Shown: positions 1 to 8,781 of the stretch, piece after piece
Numbering within the stretch: position 1 is the stretch's first letter
Layout: each line of letters opens with the position of its first letter
DNA from: an uncultured Rikenella sp.
GTDB lineage: Bacteria > Bacteroidota > Bacteroidia > Bacteroidales > VadinHA17
Assembly: GCA_964488645.1 (NCBI GenBank)
Contig: CAZAVK010000003.1
Coordinates: forward strand, 43,145-107,144
DNA: 64,000 bases
Reading direction: 5' to 3'
The notes under the pieces: generated by a model
What the model was told of the DNA's origin: nothing
What the model saw: only the letters and a program-made list of their open reading frames with translations
Database searches by the model: none
Made by a program: the position numbers and the translations under genes

Positions 1-63
1 GTGCCGCAGGTTGGCCTCCTTCTCTTCCCAACTGATATTGCACTGTATGAGAGAAGCTTTCAT
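1..63 (-). CDS. carbon-nitrogen hydrolase (nitrilase/omega-amidase-like) family protein; first 21 codons only, gene continues past the window start
   Basis: The reverse complement of 1..63 reads MKASLIQCNISWEEKEANLRH. This matches the usual N-terminus of CN-hydrolase amidohydrolases (MKxxLxQxxIxWExxxxNL). It is absent from the ORF track because the window edge truncates it. Confidence 0.4.
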   Translation of the reverse strand, partial: MKASLIQCNISWEEKEANLRH

Positions 64-70
64 ACAACAA

Positions 71-93
71 AAAACAGGCACGAGGCCTGTTTG
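71..93 (-). terminator. hairpin plus U-tract downstream of the 111..1271 gene
   Basis: Stem acaggc (74-79) pairs with gcctgt (85-90) around a 5-nt loop. On the minus strand the hairpin is followed by UUUUUUGUUG. Confidence 0.45.
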
Positions 94-110
94 TTTGTGA
101 GGGGTATGGA

Positions 111-1271
111 TTATTTTCTTGCCTTATCGGCGTAGTATTCGCCGAAAATATTGTTTATCAGCGGCTTATAATAAAGCCAGAAAAATCTTTTCGGATCATT
201 CGGGTTCTCCGAATAGAGCAATGCCTTTGCACTCTTCTGTACATTCCTGAACCTGGCGGTCCAGAATGGTATCGTATTGTTTGCAAAGTCGCCCGAGAAG
301 TAGTAGGTGCGCTGTACCAGCGGCTCCTGTGTCACTGCCGGAAAAACTGCCGACAGGTCGTTTGCTTCAAGCAGTTCGTTGCCTTTGGGAGTGGTATTGA
401 GCACAAACTCAGAGATTACGTTGTTGCGTCCCGGATCGATAATATCGAAACTGTTTGTAAATGTCACCAGGGGTGGCAGTCCGAATCTCTCTGCCACCAT
501 TCCGGCGGTTCTTATCACAGGCATTGCCGAGGTCAGGTGTTCGCCCTCTTCGAGTACAATTATGCTGTTTTCTCTGAGCAGCACCACTCCCGGTCTTGTG
601 AATGTCCACGGCTCCCGGTACTGCTTCCTGTAGAGGGCAGGCATCCATGCAGGCACCCGGTGTGCCGATACCGTATCGAGTGACTTGTAGTACTGGCCCA
701 TCCATCCCGTTGAGCTGATGCCCAGCAGCTCTTCCACCTTGTACTTCTCAAGCCCGGCGGTGGGGTAGTCGAATGTATTGTACTCAAGAAGCACCAGCTT
801 GTCACGCTTCTTCATCTCGGCCATGAGCAGGTAGTCATTGTTGTTGAGCCCTCCGTAGAGCTTCCGTGACCTTCGTGTCTTCTTTATCCCCTGATACCAG
901 TCATTGAAAAAGACCCCGTAGGTGTCGGTATAGTACATGGCATCATTCTTCTCAGCCAGGTCAATCAGTTCGGTAAGGCGGAAATCCTTCTTCCTGAACT
1001 GCTTCTCCCTGACGGGCCTGAGCGGTTCAAAGCCATAGTAATCTTTTGCTGCCGAGAAACTTCCCCCCTTCTCTCCCCTGACATATCTTGAGTTGGTCAG
1101 TATGTAGACAAACGAGCGGTGGCCCAGCCTGTCAAGCGTTGGAACGGTCTTGTCAAGTATTACAACGTCAATTGGCTTCTTCTCCTGGAACGCCCATCTG
1201 AGGAAGCTCACGGCCGGTATCAACAGCAGCACTGCCAGAATTATTAAAGTGATCAGCAGAGGTCTTTTCAT
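111..1271 (-). CDS. hypothetical membrane-anchored protein (no family recognised)
   Basis: Frame of ORF 111..1463. I start it at the internal ATG at 1271, which gives MKRPLLITLIILAVLLLIPAVSF (a single N-terminal TM or signal anchor). The upstream 64 codons lie in AT-rich sequence that looks intergenic. Confidence 0.6.
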   Translation of the reverse strand: MKRPLLITLIILAVLLLIPAVSFLRWAFQEKKPIDVVILDKTVPTLDRLGHRSFVYILTNSRYVRGEKGGSFSAAKDYYGFEPLRPVREKQFRKKDFRLTELIDLAEKNDAMYYTDTYGVFFNDWYQGIKKTRRSRKLYGGLNNNDYLLMAEMKKRDKLVLLEYNTFDYPTAGLEKYKVEELLGISSTGWMGQYYKSLDTVSAHRVPAWMPALYRKQYREPWTFTRPGVVLLRENSIIVLEEGEHLTSAMPVIRTAGMVAERFGLPPLVTFTNSFDIIDPGRNNVISEFVLNTTPKGNELLEANDLSAVFPAVTQEPLVQRTYYFSGDFANNTIPFWTARFRNVQKSAKALLYSENPNDPKRFFWLYYKPLINNIFGEYYADKARK

Positions 1272-1463
1272 TTTACCAGAATTTGATAATATCCTGTTTC
1301 TAAACGAATTCTTGATGCAAACAGTATGTACGAACAGAAATTTAATTGCTAAATGTATTAATTTATTTGATTCGTGGAAAATAATTTCCATAAAATGGGC
1401 TGTTGCGGTGTCCATCAACCGATTTATTGTGATAATTTGCAGCCGGATCATAGAGAACGGCAT

Positions 1464-2768
1464 ATGTTTTCAAATCAGCCACTTGCAGACAGATTGCGGC
1501 CGCGTTCGCTGGATGAGTTTGCCGGCCAGGAGCATCTGGTTGGCGATGACGGGGTTCTGAGGAAGGTGATCGAATCGGGCAGTGTTCCCTCTTTCATTCT
1601 GTGGGGACCGCCCGGAGTAGGAAAGACCACCCTGGCGCGGCTGGTCGCTTCGGGGCTGGAGCGGCCATTTTTCCAGCTGAGTGCGGTACACAGCGGTGTA
1701 AAGGAGGTACGCGAGACCATCGAGAAGGCCAGGAGCCACCAGTTCTTCAACACCCCCAACCCCATTCTCTTCATCGACGAGATACACCGTTTCAACAAGT
1801 CTCAGCAGGACTCTCTCCTGGGGGCTGTTGAGCAGGGTGTCCTGACCCTGATCGGGGCCACCACCGAGAACCCCTCGTTCGAGGTGATCACCCCGCTCCT
1901 CTCCCGCTGCCAGGTGTATGTACTGAAGCCGCTGGATGACAAGACGCTTGTCATGCTGGTAGACAGGGCGATAGCCAATGATTACTACCTCTCGCGATAC
2001 AGGATAAGGGTTGATGAGTATGAGGCGTTGCTACGCATCAGCGGAGGAGATGCCCGGAAGCTTTACAACGCCCTGGAACTGACCATCTCTCTGGAGGTAA
2101 GCCGCGAGACTGAAGAGATTGTAATCACTGACAGCCTGGTGCTTGACCATGTGCAGCAGAACCTGGCGCTCTATGACAAGGGTGGCGAGCAGCACTATGA
2201 CATAATCTCGGCCTTCATCAAGTCACTGCGAGGCTCCGACCCCAATGCGGCCGTCTACTGGCTGGCCCGCATGGTCGAGGGGGGTGAGGATGTGAAATTC
2301 ATTGCACGCCGCATGGTGATACTGGCTGCCGAGGATATCGGACTGGCCAACCCGAACGCACTGCTGCTGGCACAGGCCTGCTTCGATGCGGTGAATCTCA
2401 CCGGGTGGCCCGAGGCAAGGATAATACTCTCCGAAACAGCAATCTACCTGGCAACATCACCCAAGAGCAATGCCTCTTACAAGGCTATTGAAAATGCACT
2501 CAGGGCAGTCAGGGAGCACGGCCCCCTACCTGTGCCGCTGCACCTGCGGAATGCCCCGACAGGCCTGATGAAAGAGCTGGGATATGGGCGGGATTACCGC
2601 TATGCACATGATTTCGAAGGGAACTTCGTGGCTGAAAACTACCTGCCTGAGAAGATCAGCGGAACGGTGTTCTATCAGCCGGGCGGAAACAGACGTGAGG
2701 AGGAGATACGGAAAGAACTTGAGGCGCGATGGAAGAAATTTTACAATTATGGAGAGGCAGACAAATAA
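1464..2768 (+). CDS. rarA: replication-associated recombination protein A (RarA/MgsA AAA+ ATPase)
   Basis: Walker [10 protein letters not shown], Walker B/sensor [14 protein letters not shown], and a C-terminal MgsA-type region ([14 protein letters not shown]). Start moved to ATG 1464 ([19 protein letters not shown]), the usual RarA N-terminus. Confidence 0.9.
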   Translation: MFSNQPLADRLRPRSLDEFAGQEHLVGDDGVLRKVIESGSVPSFILWGPPGVGKTTLARLVASGLERPFFQLSAVHSGVKEVRETIEKARSHQFFNTPNPILFIDEIHRFNKSQQDSLLGAVEQGVLTLIGATTENPSFEVITPLLSRCQVYVLKPLDDKTLVMLVDRAIANDYYLSRYRIRVDEYEALLRISGGDARKLYNALELTISLEVSRETEEIVITDSLVLDHVQQNLALYDKGGEQHYDIISAFIKSLRGSDPNAAVYWLARMVEGGEDVKFIARRMVILAAEDIGLANPNALLLAQACFDAVNLTGWPEARIILSETAIYLATSPKSNASYKAIENALRAVREHGPLPVPLHLRNAPTGLMKELGYGRDYRYAHDFEGNFVAENYLPEKISGTVFYQPGGNRREEEIRKELEARWKKFYNYGEADK

Positions 2769-2915
2769 ATTTTAGTAAATTGTTCCCATGAAAGTCAATG
2801 TACTGAAATTAATCATACCTGCCGGCAACCTGCGTCATGGGTCTGGAAGGAGAAGAATACAACCTTATGACAAACTTCATGTAACTATCTTCAATAACAT
2901 CTAACTCAAGTAATT

Positions 2916-3617
2916 ATGAAAAAATTAATTACTCTGATGGCGATTTTCATGGTGGCATCGGTCTGCAGTGCCCAATCGCTTGATGAGATTGTAAACAAGT
3001 ATTATGCAGCCAGTGGTATCGAGCACCTTGAGAAGGCCCAGACGGCAGTCCTGAAAGGAAACGTCAGCATGATGGGTATGGATCTTCCAATGACCGTTAT
3101 GGTCAAACGTCCCAATAAGATAAGGGTGGTACAGGAGTTCAGCGGCATGGAGATCATCATGACATATGACGGTGAAAAGGGTTTTATGATTAACCCTTTG
3201 TCAGGTATAACCACTCCCACAGAGCTTCCCCTCGACCAGGTTTCCGGAGTCCTCGAGCAGAATGTGCTGGACGATCAGCTGATGGCAGCCTTCAGGGCCG
3301 GCAAGGCCACCCTAAGCGGTGAAGAGAGCGTGGATGGAAAGCCCGCCTACAAGATAACCGTTCAGAGCCCCGGGGGCAATGAGGTTATTCTCTTCATTGA
3401 CAAGGGGAGTTTTCTGATAGTCAAAACGATGGTCACCACCGAACAGATGGGTCAGGTCATGGAGGTTGAGACATATGTCAGGAAATACAAGGTGATCAAC
3501 GGTGTCACCTTCGGGTCGGAGGTTGCCCAATACATCAGCGGTCAGGAATTTGGCGGAATGACCATTGAAACCATCGAGTTCGACAAGCCGCTGGATGATT
3601 CGCTCTTCTGGCTGTAG
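2916..3617 (+). CDS. secreted LolA-fold-like (outer-membrane lipoprotein-sorting-like) protein; function uncertain
   Basis: Signal peptide MKKLITLMAIFMVASVCSAQS. The beta-rich sequence resembles the LolA-like or DUF4367-type proteins common in Bacteroidota. Confidence 0.5.
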   Translation: MKKLITLMAIFMVASVCSAQSLDEIVNKYYAASGIEHLEKAQTAVLKGNVSMMGMDLPMTVMVKRPNKIRVVQEFSGMEIIMTYDGEKGFMINPLSGITTPTELPLDQVSGVLEQNVLDDQLMAAFRAGKATLSGEESVDGKPAYKITVQSPGGNEVILFIDKGSFLIVKTMVTTEQMGQVMEVETYVRKYKVINGVTFGSEVAQYISGQEFGGMTIETIEFDKPLDDSLFWL

Positions 3618-3790
3618 CAATCTGCCGGAGACTGCAGTCACAGACCGGAAGCCGCAGCAAGGGCCGGAAGGCTGCAACCACATACAGGTTGCTAATGCTT
3701 TCTGTCAGAAGCTGTAGCAACGCACAAAGCTGCAGTAAAAGAGATAAACCGCCTGACACAGGCAGAGAGTTGCAGTAAAAAGCAGGAGGC
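3611..3790. repeat. degenerate ~20-bp periodic repeat (GCTGYAGYAA...CCGGAA), about 7 units
   Basis: Units begin at 3611 gctgtagcaa, 3631 actgcagtca, 3651 gccgcagcaa, 3671 gctgcaacca, 3711 gctgtagcaa, 3729 gctgcagtaa and 3769 gttgcagtaa. The period is not a multiple of 3, so the array is non-coding. Confidence 0.55.
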
Positions 3791-3820
3791 TGTCTCCCGG
3801 TGAGACAGCCTCCCCTTTTT
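3785..3820. terminator. bidirectional intrinsic terminator (3' end of rnpB on the minus strand; LolA-like gene on the plus strand)
   Basis: Perfect 12-bp stem ggaggctgtctc (3785-3796) with gagacagcctcc (3802-3813) and loop ccggt. T-runs flank it on both strands (ccttttt on plus, CUGCUUUUUA on minus). Confidence 0.8.
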
Positions 3821-3825
3821 CCTTG

Positions 3826-4198
3826 GCAGGCCTGTAAGCCGGATTCTGTGGTGGTGCCACTCCTTCAAGAGGATAATTCTGCACCCTGTCCGTCATTTAT
3901 CTTGGCACGCCATTGCTGGCCTGCTCGAACGACCTACCCCCCGGCTCGGGCGAGCAGCCCTCGGGCGCCGGTATACATGGTCTTTCAACCCATCAGGTGT
4001 ACGGCTCGCGACGTCACCGCCGCGACCGGTGAGCTCTTACCTCACCTTTTCACCATTTTCCGCCCTGCGGGCAGATTGTTGTTTTCTGTTACACTACTAT
4101 ACCCTTGCGGATATCTTCCCGTTAGGAAGGATGGTGCTCTGTGTTGCCCGGACTTTCCTCCCCGGCACAGATGCCGGAGCGACGGACCAGCCTGCCGG
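3826..4198 (-). ncRNA. rnpB: RNase P RNA, bacterial type A
   Basis: The minus strand carries the universally conserved blocks: GGAAAGUCCGGGC (reverse complement of 4146-4158), GGUAAGAGCUCACC, AGAUAAAUGAC and ACAGAAUCCGGCUUA. The P1 helix pairs 5' GGCAGGC with 3' GCCUGCC. A TATCTTTG promoter box precedes it and a terminator follows it. End coordinates are approximate, about +/-5 nt. Confidence 0.9.
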
Positions 4199-4201
4199 CT
4201 G

Positions 4202-4209
4202 CAAAGATA
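4202..4209 (-). promoter_or_regulatory. Bacteroidota -7 promoter box TAnnTTTG (TATCTTTG) for rnpB
   Basis: Plus-strand caaagata equals TATCTTTG on the minus strand. It sits a few nt upstream of the inferred RNase P RNA 5' end. Confidence 0.6.
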
Positions 4210-4314
4210 GGAAATAAAATGACCGGCTGCCTTGACAGTCAAGTCACAGGCCCGGAAAACTTCTTTGTAATAATCTGGCATTCACCATCTGCCTGTCATC
4301 TTTTCAGATATCAC

Positions 4315-4394
4315 CCCGATTCCGGTCAGCGTCGGATTTTGGTTATCCCGGTTCCGGCCAGTGTCGGCTTTTGGTTACCCCGGTTCCGTCATCA
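4315..4394. repeat. 32-bp tandem repeat, about 2.4 copies, directly 3' of the aldehyde dehydrogenase gene
   Basis: Unit 1 is cccgattccggtcagcgtcggattttggttat (4315-4346) and unit 2 is cccggttccggccagtgtcggcttttggttac (4347-4378). A partial third copy, cccggttccg..., covers the stop codon at 4392-4394. Confidence 0.7.
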
Positions 4395-5762
4395 GGGTCT
4401 GAATCGGCTTATAGTCTTGGTATTTAGGAACTCATATAGTCCTTCCGTGGAGAGCTCCCGTCCATAACCAGACTCTTTCACCCCGCCGAACGGCAGGCCG
4501 GGTTCCGATCTGACGAATCCGTTGACAGCCACCGTTCCTGTATCTATCTGCCGTGCCAGCTCCATTGCCTTCTCCTCTCCGGCTGTCCATAGAGAGGCCC
4601 CCAGTCCGAACGGGGTTCCGTTTGCCAGCCTGATGGCTTCTTCCGCTGATCTGAACCTGAAGAGCGGGGCCACCGGCCCGAAGGTTTCCTCACGGGCGAG
4701 CGGTGACTGCAACGGCACCTGCTCCACCACTGCCGGCATGAAGAGAGCCGGGTGTCCGCTCCCTTTCAGTCCGCCGCACAGCAGCCTGGCTCCGGCTGCC
4801 AGTGTACGCTCCAGCTGTCCTGCCAGTTCATCTGCCGCCGCCGCATTGACCATGGGTCCCACCTCCGTGGCCGGATCAAGCGGATCGCCCGTACGAAGCC
4901 CGGATGCCCCGGCAGTGAAGGCCTCCCGGAAGCGGTCATAAATATCTTCATGAATGATCATCCGCTTGGCGGCTATACAGCTCTGCCCGTTGTTCTGGAA
5001 CCTCGAGAAGAGAGCCGCCCTCACTGCAGCATCAACATCAGCATCGGCAAAGACTATGAATGGGTCACTGCCTCCCAGTTCCATCACCATCTTTTTCAGT
5101 TCCCTTCCTGCCACGGCGGCTATCCTTCTTCCCGCCCCGGTGCTTCCCGTCAGCGATACGCCCCTTATGCGGCTGTCTGCTATCAGCTGCTCCACCTGGT
5201 CATGTGTCGGGAAGAGGTTCCGGAAGAGCCCTTCGGGGAATCCTGCCTCCATCACCGCCTCCTCAATCGCCTGTGCACAGCGCGGCACGGAGGATGCATG
5301 CTTCAGCAGGGCGGCATTGCCTCCGGCCATTGCCGGTACCATGAAGCGATAGACCTGCCAGAAAGGAAAGTTCCATGGCATTATACCCAGGATGACTCCC
5401 TGCGGCTCATGCACCACCACGCTCTCTGCTGCTGAGGAGGGCCGCCGCTCCGGTTCAAGGAGCCGCGGTGCATTCTCACTGTACCAGCGACATAGCAGCG
5501 CACACTTATCAGCCTCGGCAAGGCCCTGGGTGACAGGCTTTCCCATCTCCTCGGCCATCAGCCGTGCAAAGAGCTCCCGCCGTTGCAGGGTCACCTCGCC
5601 CAGTGCAGCCACCAGACGGCACCGCCCCGCAACAGCTGTGCTGCTCCACTCACTGAACCGCTCCCATGCGGTTGCAACACTCTCTTCAACAGTTTTATCA
5701 TCCGTCTCCGGAAAACGGGCCCGCTCAATGCGGCGCCACGGATCGTAACTTATGTATGCCAT
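4392..5762 (-). CDS. NAD(P)-dependent aldehyde dehydrogenase (succinate-semialdehyde dehydrogenase-like)
   Basis: 456 aa with aldehyde dehydrogenase family motifs, including ELGGSDPFIV, GQSCIAAKR (catalytic Cys region) and EETFGPV. Confidence 0.85.
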   Translation of the reverse strand: MAYISYDPWRRIERARFPETDDKTVEESVATAWERFSEWSSTAVAGRCRLVAALGEVTLQRRELFARLMAEEMGKPVTQGLAEADKCALLCRWYSENAPRLLEPERRPSSAAESVVVHEPQGVILGIMPWNFPFWQVYRFMVPAMAGGNAALLKHASSVPRCAQAIEEAVMEAGFPEGLFRNLFPTHDQVEQLIADSRIRGVSLTGSTGAGRRIAAVAGRELKKMVMELGGSDPFIVFADADVDAAVRAALFSRFQNNGQSCIAAKRMIIHEDIYDRFREAFTAGASGLRTGDPLDPATEVGPMVNAAAADELAGQLERTLAAGARLLCGGLKGSGHPALFMPAVVEQVPLQSPLAREETFGPVAPLFRFRSAEEAIRLANGTPFGLGASLWTAGEEKAMELARQIDTGTVAVNGFVRSEPGLPFGGVKESGYGRELSTEGLYEFLNTKTISRFRP

Positions 5763-6073
5763 CAGCCTTGCTTATTGATTCTCACCAGTGTAGCGCCCCG
5801 GTAACCATACCTGGCAAAAGACGCATCCTCACAACTGCAGGCAGGGTACTCCTTCCTCACTATCTCCCGAAGGGCCTCTCTAAGCCTGCCGCTGCCGGCG
5901 CCATGGATCAGTACAATCTCCCTCTCGCCAGCCCTTATCGCGCTGTTGAGCTCACCCCTGACGCGCTCGAGCTGCCTGGCCAGCAGGCCGGCTCCGCCGC
6001 CGCGGAGATGCAGATCTGCCTCCCTGGGCGGACGACTCACCCGTAACTTCCTGTTGCCTTCGTTCCAACGCAT
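5762..6073 (-). CDS. Smr (MutS2 C-terminal-like) domain protein
   Basis: 103 aa containing LHLRGG...AIRAGEREIVLIHGAGSGRLREALREIV, typical of a Smr domain. Its stop TGA shares one nt with the downstream ATG (TGATG at 5760-5764). Confidence 0.7.
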   Translation of the reverse strand: MRWNEGNRKLRVSRPPREADLHLRGGGAGLLARQLERVRGELNSAIRAGEREIVLIHGAGSGRLREALREIVRKEYPACSCEDASFARYGYRGATLVRINKQG

Positions 6074-6103
6074 ATCCTGTCAGATGATCTCAAAATTAAC
6101 TAT

Positions 6104-6322
6104 TTTTGCCCGTTCAGTGAATGGCTGGCAGCACTCAGAGAGCAATATTTTACCCGCTCAATGAAGGCGGCTGGTATTCAGAGATCAATATATTGCCCCC
6201 TCAATGAAAGGCGACTGATATTCAGAGATCAATATTTTGCCCCCTCAGTAGAAGGCGGCTGGCAATCATGGATAAAAATTTTACCCGCTCAGTGAACGGC
6301 GGGTAGCCCTCAGTGATCAAAA
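6104..6322. repeat. 44-bp imperfect tandem repeat, 5 copies, running into the queA start codon
   Basis: Units begin at 6104, 6148, 6193, 6236 and 6279. The approximate consensus is TTTTRCCCSCTCARTGAAGGCGGCTGGYAWTCAGAGATCAATA. Confidence 0.8.
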
Positions 6323-7557
6323 TGAGCGATAATTTATACGGAAACATACGGATTGGTGACTACAGCTATGATCTGCCGCAGTCAAAGATTGCCCGTTATC
6401 CGCTGGATATCAGGGACCGGTCACGGCTGCTGCTCTGGGATGGCAGCGCCATCAGTGACCGGCGTTTCAGTGAGCTCCCTCTGCTGGCTGACCGGGATGC
6501 CCCAATGGTATTCAACAACACCCGTGTCATACGTGCCCGGCTGCTCTTCACGAAGGATAGCGGTGCAGTGATAGAGATATTCTGCCTTGAACCGCTGCAT
6601 CCCGATGAGTTTTCAGTGAACCTCGCATCGTCGGGGCCGGTACGGTGGAAGTGCCTGATAGGCAACCAGAAAAGGTGGAAGCATGGAGTGCTTGTACTCC
6701 CTTTTTTCCATGCTGGCAGCAAGGTGCTCCTCACGGCCGAACGGGTGGGCAGTGATGGAGAGGCCTCCATTGTCAGCTTCAGCTGGGATGCCCCGGGGAT
6801 CTTTTTTGCCGGTGTGCTTGAGGCGCTGGGACACATGCCTATACCGCCCTATCTGGGCAGGGATGATGAGGCCGGTGACACTACCTCTTATCAGACCACC
6901 TATGCCGCTGTTGACGGGTCGGTAGCTGCTCCCACAGCCGGTCTCCATTTCACGCCGGAGGTACTGACAGATCTTGACAATGCCGGTATCCTGAGAGATG
7001 AGATCACGCTTCACGTCAGTGCCGGCACCTTCAGGCCGGTGAAGTCGGAACTCATATGTGACCACATGATGCACGCAGAGCACTTCTATGTGACGAGGGC
7101 AACCATTGAGAGGCTGGCTGAGAGGAAGGTAACCGCGGTGGGCACCACAACCGTCAGGGCCCTTGAGAGCCTCTACTGGCTCGGGGTGCGATGCATTGCC
7201 GGCAACTGGTCAGGCGGGGGCGTGCCGCTGGTATCGCAATGGGAGCCCTATGACCGGGTCCATGAACCTGTCGTGCGGGAGGCCATGGCGGCCCTGCTGC
7301 GGGTGATGGACAGCAGCGGCAGGGAGACTCTGGAAGCGCGCACTGAGATGATCATCGTTCCCGGCTACCGTTTCAGGATGGTCAGCAGCATGATCACCAA
7401 CTTCCATCAGCCACGAAGTACGCTGCTGCTGCTGGTGGCAGCCTTTGCCGGGGAGAGCTGGCGGGAGATCTACAGTCACGCCCTTGCGGAAGGATACCGC
7501 TTCCTCAGCTACGGGGACAGCATGCTGCTCATGCCGGCAGGCCGGCAGAAAGGGTAG
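6322..7557 (+). CDS. queA: S-adenosylmethionine:tRNA ribosyltransferase-isomerase
   Basis: YDLPQSKIARYPL at the N-terminus, MPIPPYL, AAPTAGLHFT, VGTTTVRALES and ITNFHQPRSTLLLLV are QueA signatures. I prefer ATG 6322 to the GTG at 6313. Confidence 0.9.
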   Translation: MSDNLYGNIRIGDYSYDLPQSKIARYPLDIRDRSRLLLWDGSAISDRRFSELPLLADRDAPMVFNNTRVIRARLLFTKDSGAVIEIFCLEPLHPDEFSVNLASSGPVRWKCLIGNQKRWKHGVLVLPFFHAGSKVLLTAERVGSDGEASIVSFSWDAPGIFFAGVLEALGHMPIPPYLGRDDEAGDTTSYQTTYAAVDGSVAAPTAGLHFTPEVLTDLDNAGILRDEITLHVSAGTFRPVKSELICDHMMHAEHFYVTRATIERLAERKVTAVGTTTVRALESLYWLGVRCIAGNWSGGGVPLVSQWEPYDRVHEPVVREAMAALLRVMDSSGRETLEARTEMIIVPGYRFRMVSSMITNFHQPRSTLLLLVAAFAGESWREIYSHALAEGYRFLSYGDSMLLMPAGRQKG

Positions 7558-7642
7558 TCTCCCATGGCGGAACGCCATCCGGCAGGAATCTGCCAGCAAC
7601 AATTGACAAGTATGGTCCGGCCAATAGCGGCAGACAGCCTGA

Positions 7643-8692
7643 TCAGCCCTCCTCCTCCATCAGTGCCTTGAGCCGCTCGGCAAAGATCTGTACATCTTCG
7701 AGGGTGGTATCCCAACTGGTCATCAGGCGGTATTCGGATATCTCCTGGTTCCACGGATAGAAGAAGTATTCCCTGCTGAGCCTTATCGCCACCTTATCAG
7801 GCATTATTACAAAAACACCGTTTGCCTCGACCTTTTGGGTTATCCTGATCCCATCAATCTCCCTGAGTCTCTTCTGCAGCTCGCGCGCCATCCTGTTTGA
7901 GTGTGCTGCACACTCCTTCCACAGACCGTTTGAGTACATTGCAATATACTGTGCTGCAATGAACCGCATCTTAGAAGCCAGTTGCATCCCCTGCTTCCTG
8001 ATATATCTGAATCCGTCAGAGAGACCCGGTCTGAGGAAGCAGACCGCCTCGCCGTACATCATGCCGTTCTTTGTGCCGCCGAATGACAGCACGTCGACCC
8101 CGGCATCGGTTGTGAAGCTGCGCAGAGGCAGGCCGAGGCTGGCGGCGGCATTGGCTATACGTGCGCCGTCCATATGAAGCAGCATCTCATGCCGATGAGC
8201 GAAATCAGCCAGTTCTCTGACCTCATCAGGGGTATAGACCGTTCCCATCTCGGTCGCCTGTGATATTGAAATCACTTTCGGCTGGCTATGGTGCTCGAAA
8301 TCAAATCCATGCATATGACGACCCAGCATTGAAGGGTCAATCTTCCCCGCCGGTGAGTCAACGGTGAGTAGCTTGCACCCTGCAAACTTCTCAGGGGCTC
8401 CGCACTCATCGGTCTCAAGGTGGGCCGTATGTGCCGTCAGCACCGAGTTCCATGACCTCATCACCCCTGTCAGGCCGAGCACATTGGCGCCGGTACCCGT
8501 GAACACGAAAAAGATCTCTGCCTCATTACCAAGCTCTCCCTTCAGCAGCTCTTTGGCCCTCTCGGTGAATATGTCATCACCATAGCCCGTCACATGCCCC
8601 CTGTTGACACGCAGCAGCTCTTTCATCACGGCAGGATGTACACCTGAATTGTTGTCGCTTGCAAAGCCTCTTTTTATTACCGGTTCGCTCAT
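7643..8692 (-). CDS. ltaE: low-specificity L-threonine aldolase (PLP-dependent beta-eliminating lyase family)
   Basis: FASDNNSGVHPAVM...GYGDD at the N-terminus, and a GGTKNG PLP-lysine region. Confidence 0.8.
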   Translation of the reverse strand: MSEPVIKRGFASDNNSGVHPAVMKELLRVNRGHVTGYGDDIFTERAKELLKGELGNEAEIFFVFTGTGANVLGLTGVMRSWNSVLTAHTAHLETDECGAPEKFAGCKLLTVDSPAGKIDPSMLGRHMHGFDFEHHSQPKVISISQATEMGTVYTPDEVRELADFAHRHEMLLHMDGARIANAAASLGLPLRSFTTDAGVDVLSFGGTKNGMMYGEAVCFLRPGLSDGFRYIRKQGMQLASKMRFIAAQYIAMYSNGLWKECAAHSNRMARELQKRLREIDGIRITQKVEANGVFVIMPDKVAIRLSREYFFYPWNQEISEYRLMTSWDTTLEDVQIFAERLKALMEEEG

Positions 8693-8781
8693 AAAACTGT
8701 CCTATTAAACTCCCTGCAATTTAGCCAAAAGGATCTGTACAGACCATGCTCTTTAACTATCTTTACATTTTTTGATGAGTC

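Noticed and set aside
1374-1463. N-terminal extensions suggested by the longest-ORF coordinates: rarA 1374, the 111-1463 ORF, the TPR gene at 12653, argS at 18146, secA at 30167, the FKBP gene at 49863, and the methyltransferase at 47715.
   Set aside because: The extensions are AT-rich or overlap neighbouring genes, and they lack family-typical N-termini. In several cases they would start upstream of the exact TAnnTTTG promoter box. The internal ATGs give canonical N-termini or signal peptides.
6104-6322. The tandem direct repeats here, and those at 3611-3790, 4315-4394 and 14804-14958, considered as a possible CRISPR array.
   Set aside because: The units are contiguous with no unique spacers between them. 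The periods (20-44 bp) and the degeneracy do not fit CRISPR. No cas genes are in the window.
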